Source of the DNA: Hydrurus foetidus
Lineage: Eukaryota
Reading direction: 5' to 3'
NCBI GenBank assembly: GCA_900617105.1
Contig: UYFQ01000001.1
Location: 4,774,001 to 4,838,000, forward strand
Length of the DNA stretch: 64,000 bases
The stretch's first letter is position 1, and each line of letters opens with the position of its first letter. A program made the position numbers and the translations under genes. Below are positions 15,738 through 25,417 of this stretch, in pieces. The notes beneath the pieces are model-generated. The model was not told the origin of the DNA. It saw only the letters and a list, made by a program, of their open reading frames with translations, and did not search any database.

Positions 15738-16073
15738 ATGTACTAAATAGAGCACTACGTCAGCGCCAGCGAGCAATAAGACTTGTACATCGATTGGCTG
15801 AAACGGCTTCGTGACAGCAAAGTCAAGGTAGCAGTGCTTCGGCGTGTGACGCGCGTTGAACTTGGTAATTTTGGTGACCATAAGTTTTGTCGTGACGGCG
15901 TATCTGAATTGCGCATTGATGTCGGGCCGGGTTATCGGCTGTATTACGCCGTGTCGGGCCATCGTGTGGTGTTGCTGCTTTGCGGCGGCGACAAGCGCAC
16001 TCAGGATGCCGACATTTCTAGAGCGGTTGCATATTGGCAAGATTGGCAAAGGAGAACGGATGATGAAAAGTAA
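15738..16073 (+). pseudogene. RelE/ParE-like addiction-module toxin with two in-frame stops
   Basis: ATG 15738 reads MY*IEHYVSASEQ*DLYIDWL, then GNFGDHK..GVSELRIDVGPGYRLYY..LLCGGDK. Confidence 0.85.
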
Positions 16074-16371
16074 ACCCAATGACGAAGCAATGGCCGAGCT
16101 GTACCGTGACGACCCGGCGTTAGCTCTAGAGGTGATCAACAGCATTCTGGAAGACGGCGACCAAGCTGAGCTTTTAATCGTGCTGCGCCAAATGGCACAG
16201 GCTTTTGGCGGCGTTCAAGCTGTGGCTGAGCAAGCCCATTTGAATCCGACCCAGCTTTACCGCACCCTTTCGCCAAAAGGTAATCCGGCGCTTAGCAGCT
16301 TGTCAGCCATTCTTAAGGCGATGGGGTTGAGGTTGGCGGTGCAGCCGCTGGCTGCGCCGATGGACGCGTAA
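16060..16371 (+). CDS. Addiction-module antitoxin (HTH)
   Basis: GGVQAVAEQAHLNPTQLYRTLSPKGNP..ILKAMGLRL; overlaps toxin 3' end. Confidence 0.88.
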   Translation: MMKSKPNDEAMAELYRDDPALALEVINSILEDGDQAELLIVLRQMAQAFGGVQAVAEQAHLNPTQLYRTLSPKGNPALSSLSAILKAMGLRLAVQPLAAPMDA

Positions 16372-16550
16372 GATAAATGATGACCCGTTTTTCTTCTGTA
16401 ATGGCGATGAGTCCCGTCAACTGCAGCAGACTAAATTTGACTGCTGCAAATTCGGGTCCGAAATTACGATGACGCCGTCGCGACTCACCATGGACTTGAC
16501 CCGTTTCAATAGACACCTGATAAGGTCGAAATTGAAAAGGAGAGCGAGTC

Positions 16551-16832
16551 ATGAAGAAAGTCAGTTACACGGCCGAATTTAAGGCTGAGGCAGTCAAACA
16601 AGTCATTGAACGGGGCCACGGCGTGGTGGAGGTTTCCAGCCGACTTGGGGTGTCGGATAAAAGCCTTTACCTTTGGTTCAGGCAAGCTAAGGAACTGCAA
16701 GGCGCTGGTAGCGGTGAAGCTGCCTTGCTTAAAAGTGAAATTGCCCGACTCAAAGCTGAACTAAAACGCACCAGCGAGGAGCGCGACATTCTAAAAAAGG
16801 CCGCCGCGTACTTTGCCAGAGTGTCCGGGTGA
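16551..16832 (+). CDS. IS3 transposase OrfA
   Basis: YTAEFKAEAV HTH, ERDILKKAAAYFA. Confidence 0.93.
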   Translation: MKKVSYTAEFKAEAVKQVIERGHGVVEVSSRLGVSDKSLYLWFRQAKELQGAGSGEAALLKSEIARLKAELKRTSEERDILKKAAAYFARVSG

Positions 16833-17694
16833 GGTACGCATTCATGGCCGAGCACCACGGGCGGTTTCGTCTCACGAGCATATGTCGGGTGCTGCGGGTG
16901 CAGCGCAGCGGTTACTACGCCTGGAAGGCCACACCGAAGTCGCTGCGAGCTCGAGCCGATGAAACCTTGACTACAGCCATACAGCAATCGTTTGAAGACA
17001 GCGACGGCATCTACGGCAGCCCACGTGTCCATCGAGATCTGCGGGAAGCCGGCGTGCTGTGCGGCAAAAAGCGCGTTGCCCGACTCATGCAGGCCGCCAA
17101 GTTACGTTCAGTGCGTGGCTACAAGCGGCCCCGCTACCGGGCGGGCAAGCCTGGTGTGGCTGCACCGAACCGGCTGCAGCGCCAGTTCACGGTCGGGCAG
17201 CCCGACCAGGTCTGGGTCACCGACATCACCTACATCCGTACCTATGAGGGGTGGCTGTACCTAGCGGTGGTGATCGACCTGTACTCCCGCAAGGTGGTGG
17301 GCTGGTCGATGAAGCCCACGATGGCTACGGAGCTGGTCTTTGATGCCTTGACCATGGCTGTTTGGCGCAGAAGGCCGAAGGCAGAGGTGATCATTCATTC
17401 GGACCAGGGCAGCCAGTTTGCCAGTGATGACTTCAACCGCTGGTGCAAAGACAACGCCTTGCTGCCCAGCATGAGCCGGCGGGGTAACTGCTGGGACAAC
17501 GCAGTTGCCGAATCCTTCTTCAGGCGTCTGATCTACCCGACACGGGACGATGCCAAGTCAGACGTATTTGATTACATTGAGAGTTTCTACAATCGAGTCC
17601 GCAGGCACAGTCATCTTGACCTTCTGAGCCCGCTGGCGTTCGAGCAGCTTCGTACTGGAAGCTCAAATATGTCTATCAAAGCGGGTCAAGTCCA
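16829..17694 (+). pseudogene. IS3 transposase OrfB, probably damaged
   Basis: WVTDITY, HSDQGSQF and DNAVAESFF present, but the usual SxLKxE segment after ESFF is missing and the frame runs through the IR without a stop. Confidence 0.8.
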
Positions 17695-20119
17695 TGGGGC
17701 TGCGCTATGCCGATGGAACGGCCACATCGTTCATGAGCAGCGTAAACGAGAGCCTGTCGGCCTGGAAGTTGAATTACGAGCTGCTGTGGGAGGACAAGGA
17801 CACTGACACGATTGACTGGGTGCAGGCGGAGTTTGATGCTCTGTGGAACGACCCGCGTGCTGTGGATTTGAGCGTTTGCCCCTTCATCGTGCAAGACGTG
17901 CAGCGCATTATTTCCCGCACCGTCATTGAGCCAATTGAATTGACAACGATTGCCGACCCGACCCTGGTGGCGGCTGCGCTGCGGCTGCGGTTGAAACCCC
18001 GGTGTACCGGCGTGATCAGGGCTTGTGGCCGCACCAGAAATACTTTGCCCGGCTGGCATTGGAGCGGCACCGCTTGGGTGGCGCACGCCTGGTACTGGCT
18101 GACCGAGTGGGTTTGGGCAAGACGGTGCAACTGGCGATGGCGGCCATGCTGATGGCACTGGATGACCCGGGTGGCGGGCCGATTCTGGTGCTCGCGCCCA
18201 AGCCGCTATTGCAACAGTGGCAAAACGAGTTGATGGAGCTGCTGTCGTTGCCCTCTGCCCGCTGAAATGGCAAGGCGTGGGTGGATGAGAACGACTTGGA
18301 ATATCCCTCCGATGGAGCCAAGTCGCTGGGCAAGCGAGCGCGCCGAATCGGACTGGTGTCGCAGGGTTTGGTGGTGCGCGGCCTGTCAGAGGCGGTGAAC
18401 CAGTTGCTGAGCCGCCGCTACACCTGCGTGATCGTGGATGAGGCGCACCGCGCCCGCCGCCGTAAGGTGCCTAAGGTGGACGCCGACGCCGACGAAGTTA
18501 ACGAGCGCGCGGAGCCCAACAAGCTAATGGGATTTTTGCGCGAGATCGGTCCCAAGACAAAAAGCATGCTGCTGGCAACCGCTACCCCGGTGCAACTGCA
18601 CCCGGTAGAGGCGTGGGATTTACTCCATATGTTGTCACAGGGCAATGATGGTGTTCTGGGTGGCTGGACGCATTCCAGCCCGTGGTTTCAGGCCAGCCGT
18701 TGCCTGGATATTGCGACTGGCGACGCCGAGGTGCCGACTGCGGATGTGCGCAGTGGATGGGAGTATGTGCGCGACCCCTTGCCATCCAAGTTTGAAAACC
18801 CGGCTTTTGACCGGATACGCCGCGGCCTGGATGCCAGCGATACGCGCTGGCAATTCACCCCAGAGAGTTTGGATCAACTATTGCCCGCCATTCGACGCGT
18901 GCAACTGCAAAACGGGCTGCTGCCCGACTACGGCACCAAATTCAACCCGCTGCTGCGCTGCATCGTGCGTCGCACCCGTGCCTACTTGGAGGCGACCATC
19001 AACCCGGCCACCGGCGGGTATTTTCTGCCCAAGGTGAAGGTGAAGTTGTTTGGTGAAAAAAACGAGGACGCTCTGGTTTTGGGTAGCTATCTGCGTGACG
19101 CCTATGCAGAGGCGGAGGAGTTTTCGCAGTTGCTTCAGCAAAGGGTAAAAGGCGCTGGCTTTTTCAAGACGCTGCTGCTTCGGCGCATGGGCAGCTCGAT
19201 GGAAGCAGGGCGGCGCACCGTTGCCAAGCTTCTGGGCGAGGAGCCAGATGCCCCTGATGATGAGGACGAAGACGACGCTGAAGAAGAGGTGCCGATTCAG
19301 TTGGGGCGGCCTCCGCAGGGGGCCAGTGATTTCAAGAACTTCACGGGCAAGGAAATTGATTCGTTACGGCGATGCCTGAGCCTGCTCAAACAAGGCGGCA
19401 ACAACGAGCCCACGCTGGAGGCGCTGGTTGGCTATTTGCGCGGAACCCATCCGGGGGTATCCGGGAGCTGGCTGGAACGGGGCTGCATTTTGTTTTCGCA
19501 GTATTACGACACGGTGCGATGGATTGGCGATGAAATGGCCAAACGCGCAAAGTTCGCGGGTATGGATATTGGGCTGTACGCGGGTAGCAATCGTTCCGGC
19601 TTTTGGCGTGATCGTCGCTTCCAGCGTTGCGACCGCAATGTGCTCAAAGGCCATGTGCGCGCTGGTGACCTCAAGTTGATGCTGGGCACCGATGCCGCAT
19701 CGGAGGGCTTGAACCTGCAACGCCTGGGAACGCTCATCAATATCGACATGCCTTGGAACCCGACCCGGCTGGAGCAGCGCAAGGGACGTATCCAGCGCAT
19801 CGGCCAAGCGCGCAATGAAATCTGGATTGCCAATCTGCGTTACCGCGACTCGGTAGAGGATCGAGTCCACCAGGTGTCGGCCGACCGGCTGGAAGCGCTT
19901 CACGGCCTGTTCGGTCAGATACCCGACACCCTAGAAGACGTTTGGGTGCAAGTGGCGCTGAACGACGAGGCCGCCGCCAATCAACTGATAGACCGCAGTA
20001 CGGCGACGCGCAACCCGTTTGATGCCAAGTACAGTAAGGTGGAGGATGCGGACTGGGAAACCTGCGCTTCGGTACTGAATGAGCTGAGCATGCGGGAGAT
20101 GCTGTGGCAGGGTTGGTGA
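17695..20119 (+). pseudogene. PLD-domain plus SNF2 helicase (restriction-like defence subunit); 5' truncated, frameshifted, nonsense codon
   Basis: SVNESLSAWKLNYEL (PLD tail), frameshift near 17980, LADRVGLGKT, TGA at 18263 in frame with 18281, IVDEAH, ATATP, SEGLNLQ, PWNPTRLEQRKGRIQRIGQ. Confidence 0.85.
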
Positions 20120-20149
20120 TCGCTGGCGGTCGGGTCAAGTTTCATCGGC

Positions 20150-21589
20150 TCAACGACCCCGCTGCATGGGCACAACGTTGGTTACCCGGCCAGCAGCCAT
20201 GTCTTGCAGTAGCGCCAGACGGCTGCCCAGACGTTTGCAGGCTGCGCGCATTGGCCCTTCGTACTGGGCGCGTTGGTAGATGCGCTTGACCTTGCCCACC
20301 TCGGCGTGGTTTAGGCACTTTTCAATCACATCGGGGAGGGCACCGAGTTCTGCCATGGTGGTGGCCGCTGTACGGCGCAGGTCGTGCGATGTCCACTTGC
20401 CGCCGGGTAGCACCAGTGCGTCCACGTCCTTAGAGCGGCCGCTCATGGGCGCATCACCGGGGCGTTGCCTGTCGCCCACTTGCTTGGTCACGGTCTTGAC
20501 GCAGACATGGTCGGCAAAGTCGGGTTGATCTTTTTTAGCCTGCGTAGCCGGGAACAGCCAAGGTGTCAGGCCGGTGCTTTCATGCAAGCTCTTGAGTTGG
20601 CGCATAGCAAAGTCACTCAGCCAGATTTCATGCCGCTTGCCGTTCTTGGTTTCGGGCAGGGTCAGATCCCGCCGCTCAAAGTCCACATGCTCCCAGCGCG
20701 CAGCCAGCACTTCGCCGATGCGGGCGGCGATTGCCAGTTGAATCAGCAGCGCCAGTTGGCTGGTGGCTGCCAGCCCTGCACGGGGCAATTTCTGAAACAG
20801 CAGAATCATTTCGGCTTCGCTCAACACGCGGTCGCGCTCTACGTCGGCACCGATGCGGGCTTTTTTGACGCGGGCGGTGGGGTCGGCATCCACATAATCC
20901 CGATCCAGCGCGAAGCCAAACATCTGGCGCATGTCGGCCAGCGTCTTTTTGGCGGTGCGTACCATGTTCTTTGTCGGTGTGGCGCGTGATTTGATGGTCT
21001 CCACAATTTCCTGAATGTGCGCTTTACCCACGTCCGCCGCCGCTACGTTGCCGATGAGCGGGAACACATCGCGCTCAAAGGAGCGCTGCACCTCGCTGCC
21101 TTTGTCGGCGCGTTGGACCAGCTCCAGCCGCTGCCATTGGTCAAACAGGCTGCGAACAGTCATGCGCGCGGTCTTTTCGGCCAATGCTTGCAGCCGCAAT
21201 TGCTGCTGGTGCACAGCTTCTTGCCGGTCAGCTTGGATTTTGAGGAGCTCGGCCTCACGTTCGGCCGCCAGGCGCAGTTGGTCGGCTTCGCGGTCGGATT
21301 GCACTTGTTCACGCACAAGCTGGTTTTGTGCCACTGGGTCAATGCCGCTTTGAATCTTCACCCGCAATGCGTCACGGTCTTTGCGGATGGCGGTGATGTC
21401 GGCCTTTGGCCATGTGCCGACCAGCACTTCGCGCGACTTGCCGCCAAATTTGTAGGCGAACCGGAATTGAACCGAGACGGCACTGTCACGCGCCACATAG
21501 ACCTTGCCCTTGAGCGATCCACCATCAGTTAACCGGCGTCCGTGGTCCGCAGCATTCAGCGATTTGAGTTCCAACATCGTCAATGCCAT
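20150..21589 (-). CDS. Tyrosine recombinase/integrase (P4-like, N-terminal arm-binding domain)
   Basis: DGGSL..FAYKFGGK..GTWP arm domain; ARIGE, TKNG, HDLRRT, LNH and catalytic Y. Confidence 0.95.
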   Translation of the reverse strand: MALTMLELKSLNAADHGRRLTDGGSLKGKVYVARDSAVSVQFRFAYKFGGKSREVLVGTWPKADITAIRKDRDALRVKIQSGIDPVAQNQLVREQVQSDREADQLRLAAEREAELLKIQADRQEAVHQQQLRLQALAEKTARMTVRSLFDQWQRLELVQRADKGSEVQRSFERDVFPLIGNVAAADVGKAHIQEIVETIKSRATPTKNMVRTAKKTLADMRQMFGFALDRDYVDADPTARVKKARIGADVERDRVLSEAEMILLFQKLPRAGLAATSQLALLIQLAIAARIGEVLAARWEHVDFERRDLTLPETKNGKRHEIWLSDFAMRQLKSLHESTGLTPWLFPATQAKKDQPDFADHVCVKTVTKQVGDRQRPGDAPMSGRSKDVDALVLPGGKWTSHDLRRTAATTMAELGALPDVIEKCLNHAEVGKVKRIYQRAQYEGPMRAACKRLGSRLALLQDMAAGRVTNVVPMQRGR

Positions 21590-21777
21590 CGCAAACCCCG
21601 ATATTCCGCGCCGTCTCTGTTGTCCCCACTATTGTCCCAACCACAACACAAGCTTTGAGAGTGTCGCAATGGACGTTGTTGGATGACACCTTTCGTAGTG
21701 GTTGATTAAAATTCGTTTAAAAACATAGACTTAGATGAACTTTGGGATTTTGTGGTGGCTTGCTGGGCTTGCAAAAA

Positions 21778-21823
21778 TTGCATGGGGTGCAAGGGGTAGA
21801 AGGTTCGAATCCTTTCACACCAA
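21778..21823 (+). pseudogene. 3' half of tRNA-Pro(GGG), integration att remnant
   Basis: TTGCATGGGGTGCAAG anticodon arm and GAAGGTTCGAATCCTTTC T arm; no 5' acceptor strand or D arm upstream; adjacent to integrase. Confidence 0.85.
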
Positions 21824-21836
21824 ATTCATTATGCGT

Positions 21837-21869
21837 GGCCTCTAAGGATTTCTTTCTTAGAGGTCTTTT
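21837..21869 (+). terminator. Rho-independent terminator after the tRNA remnant
   Basis: GGCCTCTAAGGA..TTCTTAGAGGTC followed by TTTT. Confidence 0.75.
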
Positions 21870-21939
21870 ATTTTGCGGATCCCTATTCAAAACGCAATCA
21901 AAGGCGCAATCAGAGACGTAGTCAAAAACTCAATGTTCT

Positions 21940-21975
21940 GCTACTTTATTAATAGCTGCTAGCGCCCGAATTTGT
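21940..21975 (+). repeat. Family R motif
   Basis: GCTACTTTATTAATAGCTGCTAGCGCCCGAATTTG. Confidence 0.85.
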
Positions 21976-22055
21976 TAGTTATAAAGCCAACTTAGTGCTT
22001 GAACTGGAGGCTAAATGCCGTTTCAGCCGCGCTGCGCGCCAATTGCCAAACTTGC

Positions 22056-22610
22056 TCACACAGCGTCAATTTCATGAACACCGAAAGCGCCGCGGCGACG
22101 ATCGGCAAAGTAGTGCTTTAAAGTGGTTTTAACAGTCTTGAAAGCCAGGTCGTCCCAGGGAATGTCTTGTTCTTCAAACAGTTGAGCCTCCATGGTTTCA
22201 AATCCTGGCTCGAACACGGCGCTCAGCAGTTTTGCGCGGTAAAACAAGTGCAGCTGGCCCACCCGAGTCACGTTGACAATTGAAAAGAGCGATTGCATTT
22301 CAAACTGCGCACCAGCCTCTTCAACGGTTTCCCGAGCGGCGCCCTCGGCTGCGGTTTCGTTCAGCTCCATAAAGCCTGCTGGCAGCGTCCAATAGCCTTT
22401 ACGCGGTTCAATATTACGTTTGCACAGCAGCACTTGAGCGCCATCCGTGCCCCAAAACGGCACCGTGCCCACTACATTCAGCGGATTTTCGTAATGAACG
22501 GTTTGGCAAACCGTGCAAATGGCGCGGCTTTTGGTGTCGCCGTCGTCTGGCTGTCGATACGTGACTTTGCCGCCACATTCGCGGCAATGTTTTAAAGGAG
22601 GTCTGAGCAT
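22056..22610 (-). CDS. NUDIX hydrolase with N-terminal zinc ribbon
   Basis: CRECG..CTVC, HYENP, Nudix box GFMELNETAAEGAARETVEEAG. Confidence 0.95.
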   Translation of the reverse strand: MLRPPLKHCRECGGKVTYRQPDDGDTKSRAICTVCQTVHYENPLNVVGTVPFWGTDGAQVLLCKRNIEPRKGYWTLPAGFMELNETAAEGAARETVEEAGAQFEMQSLFSIVNVTRVGQLHLFYRAKLLSAVFEPGFETMEAQLFEEQDIPWDDLAFKTVKTTLKHYFADRRRGAFGVHEIDAV

Positions 22611-22883
22611 CACTGAAGTTTAGCGAGTTCGGCTCACTTCTTTGATTCGAATGTCACCAACGCCAGCTTTCTGCCCTTGACCCTGCTGAAAGCATGGTGC
22701 TGCCCATCTGCCTAACGCGCCAAAAATGGTTGTGACTTTTCAAACGATATTTCATTTGGGCAAAACAGTTTTGCAATTTACTTATTTAGCAGATGATCAT
22801 GTTATCGTTTGCAGCGTGCTTACCGATAAACTGAGCAAGATGCGTATCTCGGCGCTATATTTTTAGATTTAGTTACAACTCAC

Positions 22884-23543
22884 ATGGCGATTTTTGTTCG
22901 TACTGAAGAAGGTCAAGAAGCTGCTTACAGCTCGCAGTCAGCTCTGCCGCGCAAATTAAAGTCGATTTTGAAGGTGATTGACGGTCGTACAACGGTAGAC
23001 GCGTTTGAGAAAAATCTCAGCTCCTTTGGTGATGTCAGGGCAATATTGCAGTCTTTGGATATGGCCGGACTCATCAAGCAGGTCGAGGGCGGCGGTGCTG
23101 TACCTGCATTGAATGCAGAGCCGACGCTAACGGCGGCGGTAGCGCCCAGCAAATCCTTTTTAGCGCCACGGCATGCGCCGCCCGCACGCTCAAACGACGC
23201 GGGACTTGGAGCGTGGACGCAGCCGCGAGCGCCAGCAATGGACGCATCTAACTCCATCAGCATGGAAAGCTGGCAGGCGTCCGAGTTGGCCACTCAGGCA
23301 ATGCCCGCTGCGCGGCAAATGCAAAGCCCGGCGCTGCAAAGCGTGGTGGATTCGATGTCCAATTTTGTGCTGACGTACCTGCCAGACCGATCGTTCCAAA
23401 TCCTCAAAGAATTTGAGGAGATCACGTCTTTGGAACTGTTAGCCGTTACGCTCGGCGGGTACGAGCAAATGGTTGCGGTAGTGGGCGAGCCAAGCGTGCA
23501 GCATTTAAAAGCGATCAAACAGGTATTGCGGGATAACTTATGA
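22884..23543 (+). CDS. Hypothetical protein, paralogue A (winged-helix-like N-domain, linker, helical C-domain)
   Basis: N-domain aligns without gaps to 23540 and 23912; ATGA-coupled to the next gene. Confidence 0.85.
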   Translation: MAIFVRTEEGQEAAYSSQSALPRKLKSILKVIDGRTTVDAFEKNLSSFGDVRAILQSLDMAGLIKQVEGGGAVPALNAEPTLTAAVAPSKSFLAPRHAPPARSNDAGLGAWTQPRAPAMDASNSISMESWQASELATQAMPAARQMQSPALQSVVDSMSNFVLTYLPDRSFQILKEFEEITSLELLAVTLGGYEQMVAVVGEPSVQHLKAIKQVLRDNL

Positions 23544-23878
23544 CCGGTTTGGCAGAGGTGGTTTTTAGCATTACCCCGGCCGGGTACACGGCGCTGCGCA
23601 ACACCACAGAGCCGATGGACTTGCGGCTGAAAACGGTGTTGACCTTGGTAGACGGCGTGTGCCCAGTTGCGCAGTACGTGCCGTACCTGATGGCTTTTGA
23701 TCCGCTGTCAGAGAAATTTTTTATTCTGGAACGTATGGGTTATGTCAGGCGCTTGGGCAGAATTGCCAGCAGCGCGGTATCAGGTTTTCAGGAATCGATT
23801 CGCGTTGGAACCTCTAAGTCGCGTTTGCCGCGTATCGATAAAGAGTCTAAAGAATCGGGTTTTATGCCCTCGGTTTAA
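23540..23878 (+). CDS. Hypothetical protein, paralogue B (N-domain only)
   Basis: VFSITPAG..LRLKTVLTLVDG..LERMGYV matches the shared domain. Confidence 0.85.
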   Translation: MTGLAEVVFSITPAGYTALRNTTEPMDLRLKTVLTLVDGVCPVAQYVPYLMAFDPLSEKFFILERMGYVRRLGRIASSAVSGFQESIRVGTSKSRLPRIDKESKESGFMPSV

Positions 23879-23911
23879 TTGGTCGCGACAACAAAAACAG
23901 TCAGGGGAAAT

Positions 23912-24484
23912 ATGTCAATCATCTACCGAAAATCACTCAAGGGCATCGACGAAGTTGCCTTCAAATCCAGCGGCTTGCCGCTGCGGTTGGTCAGCTATTT
24001 ACTAGCCGTTGACGGCGAGGCGTCGGTTGACCAATTAGTTGCGCGTTACCAAAACCTGCCATCCCTTCAAGCTGTACTTGAAGGTTTGGCCGGGCAGGGG
24101 TTTTTAGAGGTCGCGGGCGCGGCAGACAACGTAGTGGGCATTGGCCAAATGCGAGTCGGCAACGGTGCAAATATTGTTACCGGCTACAACAATGCGACGC
24201 CTCCGCAGCAGGCTTATGCGCCACCTACGCAGCAGCAATACCAGCCTGTCCAGCAACCAACCAACTATTTTCCCGAGCTGGAAAGCTACAAAGCCAACAT
24301 GATTCGCGACGTGACCGCGCTGCTGGGAAGCGATTCTGGGCCCGTGGTTTCGAAAATACAGGCCTGCAAATCCAAAGACGACCTGTTCGGCACGATGATG
24401 GGCATTAAAAAAATCGTCACCATTTACACCAACCGCGACACTGCTGAAAAGTTCGGCGCGCGATATATCAATTTGTCGGTCTAA
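23912..24484 (+). CDS. Hypothetical protein, paralogue C (N-domain, Q/P linker, helical C-domain)
   Basis: AGGGG RBS before ATG 23912; IYRKSLKG..LPLRL..LAVDG..LAGQGFL. Confidence 0.85.
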   Translation: MSIIYRKSLKGIDEVAFKSSGLPLRLVSYLLAVDGEASVDQLVARYQNLPSLQAVLEGLAGQGFLEVAGAADNVVGIGQMRVGNGANIVTGYNNATPPQQAYAPPTQQQYQPVQQPTNYFPELESYKANMIRDVTALLGSDSGPVVSKIQACKSKDDLFGTMMGIKKIVTIYTNRDTAEKFGARYINLSV

Positions 24485-24544
24485 CTTTTTTCAGACCAAC
24501 TTTTCTCCCGGTACTTTTTGTTTTCAATCGTTTAAGGAATTACC

Positions 24545-25291
24545 ATGCAATTTGACTTGATCATGGCCACGCAGTTTTCATTTTTAATGGGTTTTATCGG
24601 ACTCATTGGCGGCTTTTATTATTTTTCGGCTATCAAGAGTTCTCTACCGCTTGAGCACCAGTCCAATGCTGTGACGTCCGCAGTGTATTGTTTGATGGCA
24701 GCCATCATGTACGGATTTATCAATTACAAGTACGGCATTGGCACCGACGCGCTTGCCAAAGGCGACTACCCCACCGTGCTGCGCTATATTGACTGGTTGG
24801 TCACTACACCGCTGTTGGTGTTGAAATTTCCAGAAATGTTGGGCGGTGATGAAGCGCCCGCTGTAGCTTTGCTGGTGATTGTTGCTGACGTGCTGATGAT
24901 TTTGTTTGGCTTGGCCGGTGAATCTTCAATCAATGCGTCGAAGGGCTCCACATTAGTCGGTTGGGCGATGTTCGGCGTTAGCTGCCTGGCTTGGTTGTTC
25001 ATTATTTTCATCTTGTACACAGCCGTGACGAACGCCGCTGCAAACAAGCTTGGGCCGGTTAAAGTTGGTTTGAGTCGCCTTAAGTTGTTTATCGTATTGG
25101 GCTGGGCGATTTACCCGCTCGGCTATTTACTGACCTTGATTTCGAACTCACCTGATTTGCGCGTGGGCCGCGAACTTGTCTATAACATTGCTGACCTTGT
25201 AAACAAGGTGGGTTTTGGCATGGTGGCCATTTACACCGTTCGCCAAATTGTGCGCGAACAGAAAATCCGCGAAGCGATGCTGCAGTTGTAG
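24545..25291 (+). CDS. Type-1 microbial rhodopsin, DTK motif
   Basis: Seven hydrophobic segments; helix C RYIDWLVTTPLLVLK; helix F GWAIYPLGY; helix G ADLVNK with retinal-binding Lys; AAGGA RBS. Confidence 0.97.
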   Translation: MQFDLIMATQFSFLMGFIGLIGGFYYFSAIKSSLPLEHQSNAVTSAVYCLMAAIMYGFINYKYGIGTDALAKGDYPTVLRYIDWLVTTPLLVLKFPEMLGGDEAPAVALLVIVADVLMILFGLAGESSINASKGSTLVGWAMFGVSCLAWLFIIFILYTAVTNAAANKLGPVKVGLSRLKLFIVLGWAIYPLGYLLTLISNSPDLRVGRELVYNIADLVNKVGFGMVAIYTVRQIVREQKIREAMLQL

Positions 25292-25319
25292 TTTTTTACT
25301 GCTGTTCAGACATTTCTTC

Positions 25320-25358
25320 GACCCGGCCGGCCATTTAATGTGCCGGCCGGGTCTTTTT
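25320..25358 (+). terminator. Rho-independent terminator between rhodopsin and crtY
   Basis: 12-bp stem GACCCGGCCGGC/GCCGGCCGGGTC followed by TTTTT. Confidence 0.9.
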
Positions 25359-25417
25359 ATTTTTTGCAGGCCAACAACCCCTGTGGGCAAGGTCCGCGTG
25401 TTTTGCGAAGCCGGTGA

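Larger units (their letters stand above)
16491..17694 (+). mobile_element. IS3-family insertion sequence (degenerate)
   Basis: Terminal IRs TGGACTTGACCCGTTTCAATAGACA and TGTCTATCAAAGCGGGTCAAGTCCA; orfA/orfB; AAAAAAG slippery site at 16793. Confidence 0.95.

Noticed and set aside
15856..16059. N-terminal extension of the 171-aa antitoxin ORF
   Set aside because: Overlaps the toxin in another frame; the RBS (AAGGAG) and family similarity start at 16060.
17694..17806. Transposase-helicase fusion protein
   Set aside because: OrfB read-through is out of frame with the helicase fragment and is better explained by a lost stop codon.
15600..21800. Prophage
   Set aside because: No structural, packaging or replication genes; only integrase, IS, TA and helicase relics.
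21750..21825. Functional tRNA-Pro
   Set aside because: The 5' acceptor strand and D arm are absent; treated as an att remnant.
24545..25291. Heliorhodopsin, xanthorhodopsin or Na+/Cl- pump assignment
   Set aside because: Type-1 motifs with DxxxK in helix G; the motif is DTK rather than DTE, NDQ or NTQ; no antenna Gly.
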